A stretch of DNA of 64,000 nucleotides, from assembly GCA_965262715.1 (NCBI GenBank), contig OZ253553.1, positions 2,336,001 through 2,400,000 on the forward strand, read 5' to 3'. A program made the position numbers and the translations under genes. The notes under the pieces are model-generated. The model was not told the origin of the DNA, ran no database searches, and worked only from the letters and a program-made list of their open reading frames with translations. This stretch comes from Bdellovibrionales bacterium (GTDB taxonomy: Bacteria; Bdellovibrionota; Bdellovibrionia; Bdellovibrionales; JAUICD01). Positions 52,713 through 63,338 of this stretch are shown piece by piece. The first letter of the stretch is position 1. Every line of letters begins with the position of its first letter.

Positions 52713-54007
52713 GGCTTTGTTGCAGAAAGATTTAAGGAAGTATATAAAAGATTAGAGAATTATGGCAGGCATCTTCCATAGGCTCTAGGCAACCCCCGCG
52801 CCTTGTATTGCTTTCACTTTAAGATTTTATTATAGAATAAGATACTTTAAGGAATATTTATTCCCTAAGGCACTGGCCTAATCCTATTCCAGAAGCCTGC
52901 CATAATTCTCTTACATGTTTATGCAATAAACTTTGTTTATTGATTTAATATATCTATTATTTTGATTTTTTAGTTTTAGTGATTATAAAATTTACCCATC
53001 CCTAAGTTCCCCAATTTCCAGATAAAGGAGTCAGAGATGAGTAAGATTAATTGGAGTCTTTATAATAAGTCTCTGGTCAATAGAGGTCAAATCACTTTTT
53101 GGTTTTCAGCAGATATCGTTAAATCTTGGTATGCAAAACGCTCTTTAAAGCAAGGGTGTCAACAAATTTACTCTGATAGAGCTATTGAAGTTCTCAATAC
53201 ATTAAGATTTGTATTTGGTTTAAAGTTGAGACCTACAGAAGGTTTTGCTAGATCACTAGTTGAATTAATGTGTCTTGATATAGAGATACCTAACTATACG
53301 ACTCTTTGTAGAGGATTACAGAAGCTACCTGTAAAACTACAAAAGAAGCTATCTTCTAAAAAAAGTCTTCATATAGTCATTGATTCAACAGGTCTTAAAG
53401 TTTACGGAGAGGGAGAGTGGAAAACTTGTCAACATGGTTATTCTAAGAGAAGGACATGGAAGAAGCTGCATTTAGCAGTAGATGAGTCTAATTCTGATGT
53501 TAAGTCAGTGGCATTGAGCGATAGTTCTTTTAAAGATAGTGAGTTATTTGAAGAGCTTATCACAGGTATTGATGATTCAATAAGTCAAGTATCTGCTGAT
53601 GGGGCTTATGATTCTAAGAATTGCTATATTATATCAGAAGCTAAAGGTATAAAGCTTGTTGTTCCACCCAGGAAGACAGCAGTTATTCAGAAGCATGGCA
53701 ATTGTAGAGGGTCACCTATTCCTAGAGATGTTTATATTAGAGAAATTAGAAAAAAACAGTGGAAAGAAAAAAATAACTATCATCGAAGATCCATATCAGA
53801 AACAGCTATGTATAGATTCAAAACTTTATTAGGGGATAAATTATCTTCTAGAGAGTTTAAACGTCAAGCAAATGAAGTATTTATTAAATCTAAAATCCTT
53901 AATCAAATGAAAACTCCTAACTCCATCATAACCTAAATAACTTAATTGCAAAAATATAAAAAATACTCAACAATATCTCTCTAGCTAAATCCTTCTGCAA
54001 CAAAGCC
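52713..54007 (+). mobile_element. IS5-family (IS903 group) element, copy 1
   Basis: IRs GGCTTTGTTGCAGAAAGATTTA / TAAATCCTTCTGCAACAAAGCC (21/22); no target duplication seen. Confidence 0.9.
53037..53936 (+). CDS. IS5/IS903-type DDE transposase
   Basis: NWSLYNKSLVNRG, IDSTGLKVYGEGEW, WKKLHL, ADGAYD, YHRRSISETAMYRFK. Confidence 0.95.
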   Translation: MSKINWSLYNKSLVNRGQITFWFSADIVKSWYAKRSLKQGCQQIYSDRAIEVLNTLRFVFGLKLRPTEGFARSLVELMCLDIEIPNYTTLCRGLQKLPVKLQKKLSSKKSLHIVIDSTGLKVYGEGEWKTCQHGYSKRRTWKKLHLAVDESNSDVKSVALSDSSFKDSELFEELITGIDDSISQVSADGAYDSKNCYIISEAKGIKLVVPPRKTAVIQKHGNCRGSPIPRDVYIREIRKKQWKEKNNYHRRSISETAMYRFKTLLGDKLSSREFKRQANEVFIKSKILNQMKTPNSIIT

Positions 54008-54017
54008 ATTTGTAAGT

Positions 54018-54467
54018 TTATTTCACTCCAGTAGAGCCAAACCCTGCTTCTCCTCTTTTACTTGTGCCTAGATGAGAGACCCACTGAAAATCTGCTTGGA
54101 CTACAGGGCAGAGTACCAGTTGTGCAATACGATCTTGATGAGAAATCGTTACATTTTCACTACCGTGATTGATAATGATAATCTTTATCTCTCCTCGATA
54201 ATCAGCATCAATTGTTCCAGGGGAGTTGACTAATGCAATTCCTTTTTTGATAGCAAGCCCGCTTCTAGGACGTACTTGCAGCTCATAATTAGGAGCGACT
54301 TCAAAGCTTAACCCTGTTGGAATCAACAGCCTTTGACCTGGAGCAATTGTAATATGCTCATCTAATTGAGCACGTATATCAAACCCACTTGCTAAATCAC
54401 TTTCATATTTAAGTGGTGGACCAGAATAATGAGGTAAAGATTTTATTTTTAATAAAACTTTTTTCAT
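54018..54467 (-). CDS. dut: dUTP diphosphatase
   Basis: SGFDI, RPRSGLA, GTIDADYRGE, RIAQL, RGEAGFGSTG. Confidence 0.97.
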   Translation of the reverse strand: MKKVLLKIKSLPHYSGPPLKYESDLASGFDIRAQLDEHITIAPGQRLLIPTGLSFEVAPNYELQVRPRSGLAIKKGIALVNSPGTIDADYRGEIKIIIINHGSENVTISHQDRIAQLVLCPVVQADFQWVSHLGTSKRGEAGFGSTGVK

Positions 54468-54684
54468 AAAGTACTCCTAACCACTTTCAAGTATCTAAGA
54501 TCAAGGCTCGTGTCAAGAGGAGCTTGTATGTTATTGTCATAGTAGTCATTTTCAAAATATAGTTCCTAAATTTTTTAACAGTATATTGAACTGTTTGTAT
54601 AGCTTTTTTGCATAAAAAATATAAAAGAATAGTTGAGCGAACTATAAATAGAGCTTATTGTACATCAGAGGTAGGGATAGCTCA

Positions 54685-55956
54685 ATGGTAATAACAGAAA
54701 ATAATTTACAAGCTCATCGAAGAGGTTTTAAGTATCAAGATTATAGCTGGGACTTTAAAAAAGCTGACACAAAAGATTTAACACACTGCTTTCATAATTA
54801 CCCAGCGATGATGATTCCACAAATTCCAAGAAGAATGCTAGATAAATATGGACATTCAGTAAAAAATCTATTTGATCCTTACTGTGGTAGTGGCACTTCG
54901 CTTATAGAAGCAAATATGAAAAACATCAATGCAATAGGAACCGACTTAAATCCACTAGCAAGGCTTATTGCAAAAACAAAAACAACTTTTATTGATATTC
55001 GTATATTAGATTTTTATTTAAATGACTTTAGCAATTACTTTTTTCATAAAGCATCGTCAGTAACAATACCGCAATTTCATAATATCGACTTTTGGTTTAA
55101 TAAAGCAACACAAAGAAAACTTGCCTTAGTCAAAAAATACATAGAGGACATCCCTGATTCTAATGTTAAAAACTTTTTTCTAGTTGCATTTAGTGAAACT
55201 GTCAGGCAGTCATCTCTTACTAAAAAAGGTGAGTTTAAGTTGATACGTATTCCTGAAGAGCGGCGTGAACACTTTAATCCGGACAGTTTTAAAATCATGT
55301 TTTCCAAGCTATTAAGAAACAAATTAGGTCTTGTGAGTTATATGCAACAAAAGAAAAACACTTCTTTTTCAAAAATATATGATTTTAATAGTGTTAATTC
55401 TATACCAAAAGACATTATTCGAAATGAATCCATCGATATTATTGTAACTTCTCCTCCTTATGGTGATTCAAGGACAACTGTAGCTTACGGGCAATATTCA
55501 CGTCTTGCCAGTCAATGGATAGGTATCAAAGGAGCTTCAAGCGTTGATAAAAGCTTAATGGGAGGTGTAAAGTATGATTCTAATTTTAAATTTCGATCTG
55601 ACTGTTTACAAGCAACTTTAAAAAAGATAGGTCAAATAGATATGCAGAGAAAATCAGAGGTACAATCATTTTTTATTGATTATAAAAATTCTATAGATAA
55701 TGTTTCAAAAACTTTAAAGAAAAAAGGAATCGCTTGCTATGTTGTAGGAAACAGGACTGTAAAGGGTATCAATATTCTAACAGATTTAATCACAAAAAAC
55801 TTCTTTGAAAATAATGGTTTTAAACATTTAGAAACAATAATAAGAAATATACCCAATAAAAGGATGCCATCTCAAAATTCACCGTCTAATATACCTGGTC
55901 AGAAATCAACAACTATGAAAAGTGAATTTATTGTAATTTGTGAGAAAATAAAATGA
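54685..55956 (+). CDS. Amino-DNA methyltransferase, probably N4-cytosine (alpha class), no intact cognate endonuclease
   Basis: HNYPAMMIPQ, FDPYCGSGT (motif I) preceding TSPPY (motif IV); start set at ATG 54685. Confidence 0.88.
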   Translation: MVITENNLQAHRRGFKYQDYSWDFKKADTKDLTHCFHNYPAMMIPQIPRRMLDKYGHSVKNLFDPYCGSGTSLIEANMKNINAIGTDLNPLARLIAKTKTTFIDIRILDFYLNDFSNYFFHKASSVTIPQFHNIDFWFNKATQRKLALVKKYIEDIPDSNVKNFFLVAFSETVRQSSLTKKGEFKLIRIPEERREHFNPDSFKIMFSKLLRNKLGLVSYMQQKKNTSFSKIYDFNSVNSIPKDIIRNESIDIIVTSPPYGDSRTTVAYGQYSRLASQWIGIKGASSVDKSLMGGVKYDSNFKFRSDCLQATLKKIGQIDMQRKSEVQSFFIDYKNSIDNVSKTLKKKGIACYVVGNRTVKGINILTDLITKNFFENNGFKHLETIIRNIPNKRMPSQNSPSNIPGQKSTTMKSEFIVICEKIK

Positions 55957-55966
55957 CTTTAAAAGA

Positions 55967-56930
55967 GGCTTTGTTGCAGAAAGATTTAGTTAATTGTGTT
56001 TAATTTATGTGAGATGTATATTTCCATTGTTGGATTTGAGAGATAATTAGTAATTTGTCAAAGTTATAGTTTTTTACCTAAGCCCTATTTTTTATTAGTC
56101 TAATATATCTATTATTTTGATTTTTTAGTTTTAGTGATTATAAAATTTACCCATCCCTAAGTTCCCCAATTTCCAGATAAAGGAGTCAGAGATGAGTAAG
56201 ATTAATTGGAGTCTTTATAATAAGTCTCTGGTCAATAGAGGTCAAATCACTTTTTGGTTTTCAGCAGATATCGTTAAATCTTGGTATGCAAAACGCTCTT
56301 TAAAGCAAGGGTGTCAACAAATTTACTCTGATAGAGCTATTGAAGTTCTCAATACATTAAGATTTGTATTTGGTTTAAAGTTGAGACCTACAGAAGGTTT
56401 TGCTAGATCACTAGTTGAATTAATGTGTCTTGATATAGAGATACCTAACTATACGACTCTTTGTAGAGGATTACAGAAGCTACCTGTAAAACTACAAAAG
56501 AAGCTATCTTCTAAAAAAAGTCTTCATATAGTCATTGATTCAACAGGTCTTAAAGTTTACGGAGAGGGAGAGTGGAAAACTTGTCAACATGGTTATTCTA
56601 AGAGAAGGACATGGAAGAAGCTGCATTTAGCAGTAGATGAGTCTAATTCTGATGTTAAGTCAGTGGCATTGAGCGATAGTTCTTTTAAAGATAGTGAGTT
56701 ATTTGAAGAGCTTATCACAGGTATTGATGATTCAATAAGTCAAGTATCTGCTGATGGGGCTTATGATTCTAAGAATTGCTATATTATATCAGAAGCTAAA
56801 GGTATAAAGCTTGTTGTTCCACCCAGGAAGACAGCAGTTATTCAGAAGCATGGCAATTGTAGAGGGTCACCTATTCCTAGAGATGTTTATATTAGAGAAA
56901 TTAGAAAAAAACAGTGGAAAGAAAAAAATA
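55967..56930 (+). mobile_element. IS5-family (IS903 group) element, copy 2, 3'-truncated
   Basis: Same 22-bp left IR; apparently identical to copy 1 from 56101 to 56930, then interrupted by IS256. Confidence 0.9.
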
Positions 56931-56953
56931 GAGCATGTCCCACGTTTCGGTGA
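56192..56953 (+). pseudogene. Truncated IS5 transposase
   Basis: Identical to 53037-53936 up to WKEKN; lacks the YHRRSISE catalytic segment. Confidence 0.9.
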
Positions 56954-58336
56954 AGTTAAGATTAAGCAGAGCTTAATGTTTGTTTACGGCTGTTTTTATT
57001 GTTAGTCAATAGTTTTAAATTTTCTTCCATTGTATTTAAATCTTTATATCCTTTAATAGCTCTAAACTTTTTTTCAGCTTCAAGTAAAGAAACAGCAGCC
57101 CATCTCATGACTTGATCTGGAGAATTTCTCCAGTTCTTAACCCTGCTCACTTTATCTCTTACAATAGAAAAGGCAGACTCAATTGGATTTGTAGAAGATA
57201 GAGTTCTTCTTAACAGTGGAGATACTTTCAATTTAATAGTTGTCAGTGTCTCCATCTCTGCTTCCTTAAGTGAAGTCAATGCTGCATGATTTATCCTACT
57301 TAACCAACTCAGTAAGTTATTGTATTCCCTCTCTGAACAACTATAATCATTAAAGCCATGCAGCATCTTCCAGCGACGCTTAAATTCTAAATGACGTTCT
57401 TGAGGCAGATAACTTAAAACATTCCTCTCCTTGTGATGAATACAGCGTTGAATGGAAGCTCTCTTACCAAAAACTCTATCAATAGCGTTGCTTAAAGATT
57501 TGCTTCCATCAATGACAAAAAGGTAAGGCTTAGCTTCACAAAGACCTCTTGCTATCAAACTCTCTAATAAGTCCTTACAAACTTCCCAATTCTCTGTATG
57601 ACCTTCTCTAAGACCAAGAACTAACTTCTTACCTTCAACTGTGATCCCAAGAGCTACAACTACTGTCCTTGAACCAAAAACGACTCCATCAATCATAATT
57701 GCTGAAAACTTATTCTTACTGAGATCACGACCATTTAAAGATTCAAGAGACTTCCTAGATGACTTATTAAAGGCTCTACTTACTGTACTCTTAGAAAGAC
57801 CGCTACCGCCTACAATATCATCGAGAAGTTCACTGTAATTACGAGAAGATACTCCTCTCATAGCATAGTTCAGAACTCTATCACAAATGATGTCATAGCT
57901 TTGAAGTGCTGAATAAGACTTCAGTTTAATATCAGAACCCCCCATCTCCTTCACCCTAGGCTTTCTCACCTGAAGCCTTTGACCTTGTGCAAGAACACTC
58001 CCGCGATCACTATCAGCTCTGTAGTATCTCTTATTAACACCACGAACATGACGCTTACTACACAAAGCTAACAGCTCCTCTTCAAACAGTGCATAGATCA
58101 TATCAATAATTGCAAATCTTATGCGACCTTCTATAACTTCTCGAATCTGATTTAATTTAGAGAATAAAACTTGAATTGAATAACGATTCTTGGTACTTTT
58201 CATAATAGCTCCTTTCTGTTATCTATTTCCTGACAAAATAAAAACAGTAAACAACGGCTAGACCACTTAGGCTAGCCGGGAGCTCTACTTCTTCTAATCT
58301 CTATAAGAAAATTTCACCGATCTATGGGACAACATC
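56931..58336 (-). mobile_element. IS256-family insertion sequence
   Basis: IRs GAGCATGTCCCACGTTTCGGTGAAGTT / AATTTCACCGATCTATGGGACAACATC; flanks do not match. Confidence 0.85.
56962..58203 (-). CDS. IS256 (Mutator-like) transposase
   Basis: GVSSR, MIDG, VIDGSK, QRCIHHK, STNPIES. Confidence 0.93.
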   Translation of the reverse strand: MKSTKNRYSIQVLFSKLNQIREVIEGRIRFAIIDMIYALFEEELLALCSKRHVRGVNKRYYRADSDRGSVLAQGQRLQVRKPRVKEMGGSDIKLKSYSALQSYDIICDRVLNYAMRGVSSRNYSELLDDIVGGSGLSKSTVSRAFNKSSRKSLESLNGRDLSKNKFSAIMIDGVVFGSRTVVVALGITVEGKKLVLGLREGHTENWEVCKDLLESLIARGLCEAKPYLFVIDGSKSLSNAIDRVFGKRASIQRCIHHKERNVLSYLPQERHLEFKRRWKMLHGFNDYSCSEREYNNLLSWLSRINHAALTSLKEAEMETLTTIKLKVSPLLRRTLSSTNPIESAFSIVRDKVSRVKNWRNSPDQVMRWAAVSLLEAEKKFRAIKGYKDLNTMEENLKLLTNNKNSRKQTLSSA

Positions 58337-58861
58337 CACACTATAAACAACAGGTCTATTACCATTAAGTCTATTGGGTGTAGTAAATTGAACCATTATA
58401 CTCCTCTTACTCTTATTTATAGCTAGAACTCTACTGCTAACGGGTCCTACAAAACTGATATGAATATCACCATAGAGTGAAGACAAATTAATATTAATAG
58501 AAGCATGTTCAGAAACACATACATGCCTTCCAGTTATGGTAAATAAGCACCCTTCAGGGATATATAAATCATCACTATCGTAAATTTGGATATCATCAAT
58601 TTGTGTATCATCGTTATCAATATTAAAATCAACAGTAACCGTAGTGATGGTCTCTTCCTCTACTTCCTCATCATTCAAGCCAATAACCTCACCAACTCGA
58701 CCGAAAGTAAAAGGTAAAAGTGATGGGCTATCATCAATAGCGTAAACTTGATTTCCAATATCAAATGGACTATCTTCTTGAGATTCTTGAGACATAGCTT
58801 CAGCAGCCACTGCAAATATAAAAGCAAAACTAAATAATATCATTTTTTTCAACACATTCAA
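58322..58861 (-). CDS. Exported hypothetical protein, 3' end cut by IS256
   Basis: Signal peptide, GGAGG SD; last residues DVVP* and stop lie inside the IS256 inverted repeat. Confidence 0.65.
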   Translation of the reverse strand: MNVLKKMILFSFAFIFAVAAEAMSQESQEDSPFDIGNQVYAIDDSPSLLPFTFGRVGEVIGLNDEEVEEETITTVTVDFNIDNDDTQIDDIQIYDSDDLYIPEGCLFTITGRHVCVSEHASININLSSLYGDIHISFVGPVSSRVLAINKSKRSIMVQFTTPNRLNGNRPVVYSVDVVP

Positions 58862-59308
58862 AGACCTCCTAAAACAAAATAAATATATATTGCTTATACT
58901 ATAAATTAAAAGCTAGGTCAACGTAAAATCTATTAAACCATGTTAAAATCAGCAGTTTTAAAACTAAGTTATACATAAGGAAAATAATACTTATCTAATT
59001 TGAAAATAATAACAAAGATTTGTATGTACTAGTAGTTTTTATACTGTAAATTTTACATGCTCTTGAAATCAATATTTGTGAGGAAAAGGCCATCCTTAAT
59101 TACTAAGACATCTAACACTGTAAAAGAAACCTACAGATCTCAGCAAAATTGGTCCCTCTATAAGGGTTTCACTTTTGTAAATAATTAAATAGGTGTATTT
59201 TTCAATTAAACAGCTTTTAAAAGCAAAAATAACTTATTTTTTGGCCTCAATCTTGAATTAACTATTATTAAGAACTAACAACTCAACCCCATAACTTAAA
59301 GGAACTTT

Positions 59309-59848
59309 ATGAACGACCACAAAATACAATCTGTTTTATATATAGGATTATTACTTTCCAGCTTTACTCTTACTATAGGATGTCAACAAGCATCAGATGA
59401 GTTAACATCCACTCCAAGCTGGACAATTCAGTTTCCAGACCCTAATGACAATGGAGGAGATCCTATAGAGGTTGTTGTGGAAGACTTTATAGGTTCAAGT
59501 ATAGCGGGAATAGGACCAATTCACAAAATGGAAATGAGCTTTCAAGGTCAATCTCTTCTATTCAATATATGGGATGATCATGCAATCAATACCAATCAGC
59601 CTATTGAAGCAAGATTGCAGTTAAACTTTCAACAAGGTTTTACTTTTGTGACAGTAGAAAGACAGGTTACCTATAGTGATGAGGCAGGAAATATCTACCT
59701 GATTCAAGGACCTGAAGTTAATCCTGGTTATTATAGATTTAGAGTAGAGTTTGAAAATTTTGAGACAAATATAAATGGCCACGGAAATTTAGGTTTATTA
59801 GGATATGTAGACTTACCTCTTTGTGAAGTTGATAGAACTTGCTCTTAG
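59309..59848 (+). CDS. Hypothetical lipoprotein
   Basis: Lipobox TIGC, AAGGA SD. Confidence 0.65.
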   Translation: MNDHKIQSVLYIGLLLSSFTLTIGCQQASDELTSTPSWTIQFPDPNDNGGDPIEVVVEDFIGSSIAGIGPIHKMEMSFQGQSLLFNIWDDHAINTNQPIEARLQLNFQQGFTFVTVERQVTYSDEAGNIYLIQGPEVNPGYYRFRVEFENFETNINGHGNLGLLGYVDLPLCEVDRTCS

Positions 59849-59887
59849 GTAAATAACTAACTACTTTTTGATTATGAAGCAAGAAAT

Positions 59888-60814
59888 TCAAAATTGAAGA
59901 CCTCCTCGAATCATAAACCCCCAAAGCCTTCCTGTTTCAAATGCTCCAATTGTTCCTGTATTATTTAATCTAATACCTTCTAATATAAAGTTCTGTGTTT
60001 TAAAAAGACTTTCAACAAAAAACTTTTGATAAACAAAGCCTATGCCCGCTTGTCCACCTATATGGCCTTTAATCTCAAAAGGAATCTGACCTCCTCTGAT
60101 ATTCCTTGGATTTGGAAGCACTTTAAAACCAACAGGAATAAAGAAGTTAGGTCCTGCAAAAAGATAAATCGCAGGCAATACTTTATAAAAAGTAGAAAGC
60201 TCTAAGCTAATAATAGAGTATGAAAATTGATCCTCTAACGAACAAAGGAAATAATCTTGATCTTTCGAGCTAATAGGACAAACCCCTCTTTCATTAGGTG
60301 ACCTAGAGTCATTAAACTGTTTGTATTTATACTGCTCAACTTTACTTTCTATTTCATAACTAGCAGAAAATATCGCGCCTATTTCCTTTGTGATTAAGAA
60401 GAAAAAACTACCTCCAAAAGATAAAGAACCTAATAAGCTAGTATGAGGAAATATATACTCTGAGGACTCCGCATCAAAAGCAGGTCGATTGAACTGACTA
60501 TAACGGCTTTTAATATTCCATGCAAAGTTCAAGCCACCAAAAACCCTAAACCCAAAACGTCGAGAAGGCCTTGTAGAACGCGGAAAAACTGCATATTCCC
60601 CCGGTTCTTCAAAACCATCCTGATCTGAATTATCTCGAGACTGTGCTAAAATACCAGGCTGTACTAGTTTAGACTGCACCAGTTTAGACTGTACCAATTT
60701 GGACGGCTTTGATGAAAATACTGGAACTTCATTTTTTTGGAAACTTGTAGATCCATTCACATTTGTTAAACAAATAAGATAAAATATAAAATAAACAACT
60801 ATGACCCTATTCAT
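59888..60814 (-). CDS. Putative outer-membrane beta-barrel protein
   Basis: Signal peptide, alternating aromatic/Gly strands, C-terminal Phe (GGLQF); short KLVQS repeat. Confidence 0.55.
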   Translation of the reverse strand: MNRVIVVYFIFYLICLTNVNGSTSFQKNEVPVFSSKPSKLVQSKLVQSKLVQPGILAQSRDNSDQDGFEEPGEYAVFPRSTRPSRRFGFRVFGGLNFAWNIKSRYSQFNRPAFDAESSEYIFPHTSLLGSLSFGGSFFFLITKEIGAIFSASYEIESKVEQYKYKQFNDSRSPNERGVCPISSKDQDYFLCSLEDQFSYSIISLELSTFYKVLPAIYLFAGPNFFIPVGFKVLPNPRNIRGGQIPFEIKGHIGGQAGIGFVYQKFFVESLFKTQNFILEGIRLNNTGTIGAFETGRLWGFMIRGGLQF

Positions 60815-61133
60815 TACCTCTATGATACCACTTTAAAGTATAAATCTCACTTTGAAACCCTACTTTTACAAACTTTAGTAAGGCTGACTATTTCAAAGAC
60901 TTGTTCATTTTTAGAAAAAAGATACTCTTCGCCTTTTTACATCTTACATCATGTTAAGGAAAATCCTTTGTTTTAATAAAATTCAGGCAGTCGGGCAATC
61001 AAGGCAATCTGGAATCAGTTCCCGGAAACTGATTTCTAGTTTGCCAGCTTCCCAAAAGTCACTAGTGGTAATTCATCATAACTTTTATATATACTCTTTA
61101 AAATCAATATTTGTGCGACAAAGCCGTTTCTAA

Positions 61134-62558
61134 CTAATAACGATAATTATCTGACTTAAAAGGCCCTTCTTGAGATATACCTAAATAATTGGCTTGTTTA
61201 TCTGTTAATTTAGTAAGATGTACCCCTAGTTTTTTAAGATGCAAAGATGCAATTTTTTCATCCATAACCTTAGGCAATGTATAAATATCTACTTTTTCAT
61301 ACTTTTGTTTATTCTGATAAAGCTCAATTTGTGCCATAACTTGATTGCAAAAAGAATGACTCATAACAAAAGAGGGATGCCCTGTCGCACAACCTAAATT
61401 AACAAGCCGGCCTTCGGCTAGTACAATGATTTTTTTGCCATTTTTGAGAGTGTGGTGATCCACTTGGTCTTTGATAGGATCACGAGTGGAATTGCCATTC
61501 AGCCACTTCATATCGATTTCAATATCAAAATGCCCAATATTACAAACAATAGCATTATTTTTCATTTTTTCAAAATGTTGAGCCATGATAATATCACAAC
61601 AGCCTGTTGCCGTTACAAAGATATCTACTTTATCAGCTACTTCATCCATAGTGACCACTTCAAAACCTTCCATACTTGCTTGTAGAGCACAAATAGGATC
61701 ACATTCTGTAATCAATACTCTTGCACCTAAGGAATTCATACTCTGAGCGCAACCCTTACCAACAGCTCCATATCCAGCAACTAAGACCACTTTACCCGCT
61801 ATCATTACATCCGTAGCTCTTTTGATACCATCTGCTAGAGATTCCCTGCATCCATAAAGATTATCAAACTTAGATTTAGTCACAGATATGTTCACATCAA
61901 TAATAGGTAGCTTAAATAAACCTTTTTGAATTTGTTTAGAAGCCTGATGAACACCCGTAGTTGTTTCTTCTGTGATACCAATGATCTGAGAAATTAAACT
62001 CTGATATCGATCCTGGTGCATTAATGATGTCAAGTCTCCACCATCATCTAATATAAGATCAAACCCTTCTGGGCCCCAGCCTTCAACTGTTTGCTCTATA
62101 CACCAATTGTATTCTTCTTCTGTTTCTCCCTTCCATGCAAAGACGGGTATACCCTTTTTGGCTAAAGCCACTGCCGCATGGTCTTGAGTAGAAAATATAT
62201 TGCAAGAAGACCACCTCACCTTAGCCCCTAAAGCGATTAAAGTTTCAATCAACACAGCAGTTTGTATTGTAAGATGAAGACAGCCTGTGATCTTCGCATC
62301 TTTAAGTGGCTTTTCTTCTCCTAACTCTTTTCTCAGAGCCATAAGACCCGGCATTTCTGTTTCAGCAATAGCAATTTCTTTTCTGCCCCACAAAGCAAGT
62401 TCTTCAAATTTTTTAAGGTCTTGCATAGCCTCACGACATACACGGAAATCTAAATGTCCCTTTGAATCTCTGCCTAACTGCTTAGCAAGCTTAGTTAAAT
62501 GAGACGATGATACACTTTGATCAAACAAAACTTCTTCCTCCTCTTTCTCAAAATACAT
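61134..62558 (-). CDS. ahcY: Adenosylhomocysteinase
   Basis: [55 protein letters not shown]. Confidence 0.97.
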   Translation of the reverse strand: MYFEKEEEEVLFDQSVSSSHLTKLAKQLGRDSKGHLDFRVCREAMQDLKKFEELALWGRKEIAIAETEMPGLMALRKELGEEKPLKDAKITGCLHLTIQTAVLIETLIALGAKVRWSSCNIFSTQDHAAVALAKKGIPVFAWKGETEEEYNWCIEQTVEGWGPEGFDLILDDGGDLTSLMHQDRYQSLISQIIGITEETTTGVHQASKQIQKGLFKLPIIDVNISVTKSKFDNLYGCRESLADGIKRATDVMIAGKVVLVAGYGAVGKGCAQSMNSLGARVLITECDPICALQASMEGFEVVTMDEVADKVDIFVTATGCCDIIMAQHFEKMKNNAIVCNIGHFDIEIDMKWLNGNSTRDPIKDQVDHHTLKNGKKIIVLAEGRLVNLGCATGHPSFVMSHSFCNQVMAQIELYQNKQKYEKVDIYTLPKVMDEKIASLHLKKLGVHLTKLTDKQANYLGISQEGPFKSDNYRY

Positions 62559-62700
62559 CTCAATGATGATTTTCCATAAACACCTTTATATGATAATATC
62601 ATAAATATGCAACAACAATCTACACTTAACATTGATGGTAAGATACAAAATACAGGCCCAGCACCTGATAAGTCATTGGAGTTTTATTTAAGGTATCCTT

Positions 62701-63018
62701 ATGTCTAAATCCAAGCTAACAAACAAGACAGAAAAAATAATTAAAATAGAATTAGGAAAGATCTATCATTTGCTTTCTGGAAGAAGTCGCGCAAAAGAAG
62801 CTATTGAAAATGCAAATCTATCACCTGATTGTCAGCTTTGTGTGAGTTTTGCTGGTGTAGAGTCTGTTGCTCAATCCTTTGTCTCTGAACTTCTCATTTC
62901 AATACATAGATGCAATGTAGACTTACTTTCAGTAGAATTTGTAGATTTTGATAGCGACCATGTTCGGCAAAGGTTAGATACTGAACTTGAACGAATGAAA
63001 AAAATCTTAAATCTATAA
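62701..63018 (+). CDS. Small STAS-like (DUF4325-like) protein
   Basis: LSGRSRAK...VSFAGVESVAQSFVSEL pattern. Confidence 0.55.
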   Translation: MSKSKLTNKTEKIIKIELGKIYHLLSGRSRAKEAIENANLSPDCQLCVSFAGVESVAQSFVSELLISIHRCNVDLLSVEFVDFDSDHVRQRLDTELERMKKILNL

Positions 63019-63239
63019 GGCTTTCTTGCACAAAGATTTTAGAATGAGATTTGTGACAGACTTGGAATAAGCGTAAGGCCAGTGCCTTAGGGGATAGGTT
63101 TTGTATAAAATATTTTATTCTATAATAAAATCGTAAAACCAAAATAGTACATAGCACGGGGGTTGCCTGCTGCTTATGGAAGAGGCCTGTCACAAATCTC
63201 TTGCACACAAACTAAAGTTGATGTTTGTGCAACAAAGCC
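63019..63239. mobile_element. IS903-type MITE carrying a family-B structured cassette
   Basis: Ends GGCTTTCTTGCACAAA / TTTGTGCAACAAAGCC; inner stem GAGATTTGTGACAG/CTGTCACAAATCTC. Confidence 0.8.
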
Positions 63240-63338
63240 ATAAGTTCTTAAAATAACAGAAATGCAAGGCGCGGGGGTCGCCTGTTGCTAGTGAGGAAAC
63301 CTACTGTAAGCTCTATGAAACTTTTATGCAACAATGCC
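63240..63338. mobile_element. Partial second IS903-type MITE end
   Basis: CAAGGCGCGGGGGTCGCC shared with family B; ends TGCAACAATGCC; last ~40 bp match 1000-1037. Confidence 0.6.

Noticed and set aside
54672..54692. GGGATAGCTCAATGGTA resembling a tRNA D-arm
   Set aside because: No anticodon arm, T-arm or acceptor stem follows; coincides with the MTase start region
52713..56930. Active composite transposon IS5-dut-MTase-IS5
   Set aside because: Second copy lacks its right end, no flanking target duplication, and dut is a core gene
9892..62502. Numerous short antisense or nested ORFs in the track (e.g. 9892-10182, 12535-12780, 35039-35293, 37344-37550, 46504-46770)
   Set aside because: Lie within well-supported genes; some are merely antisense translations of simple repeats
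62560..62700. Possible SAM/SAH riboswitch upstream of ahcY
   Set aside because: Short GC-richer patch only; could not build a riboswitch consensus (needs Rfam cmscan)
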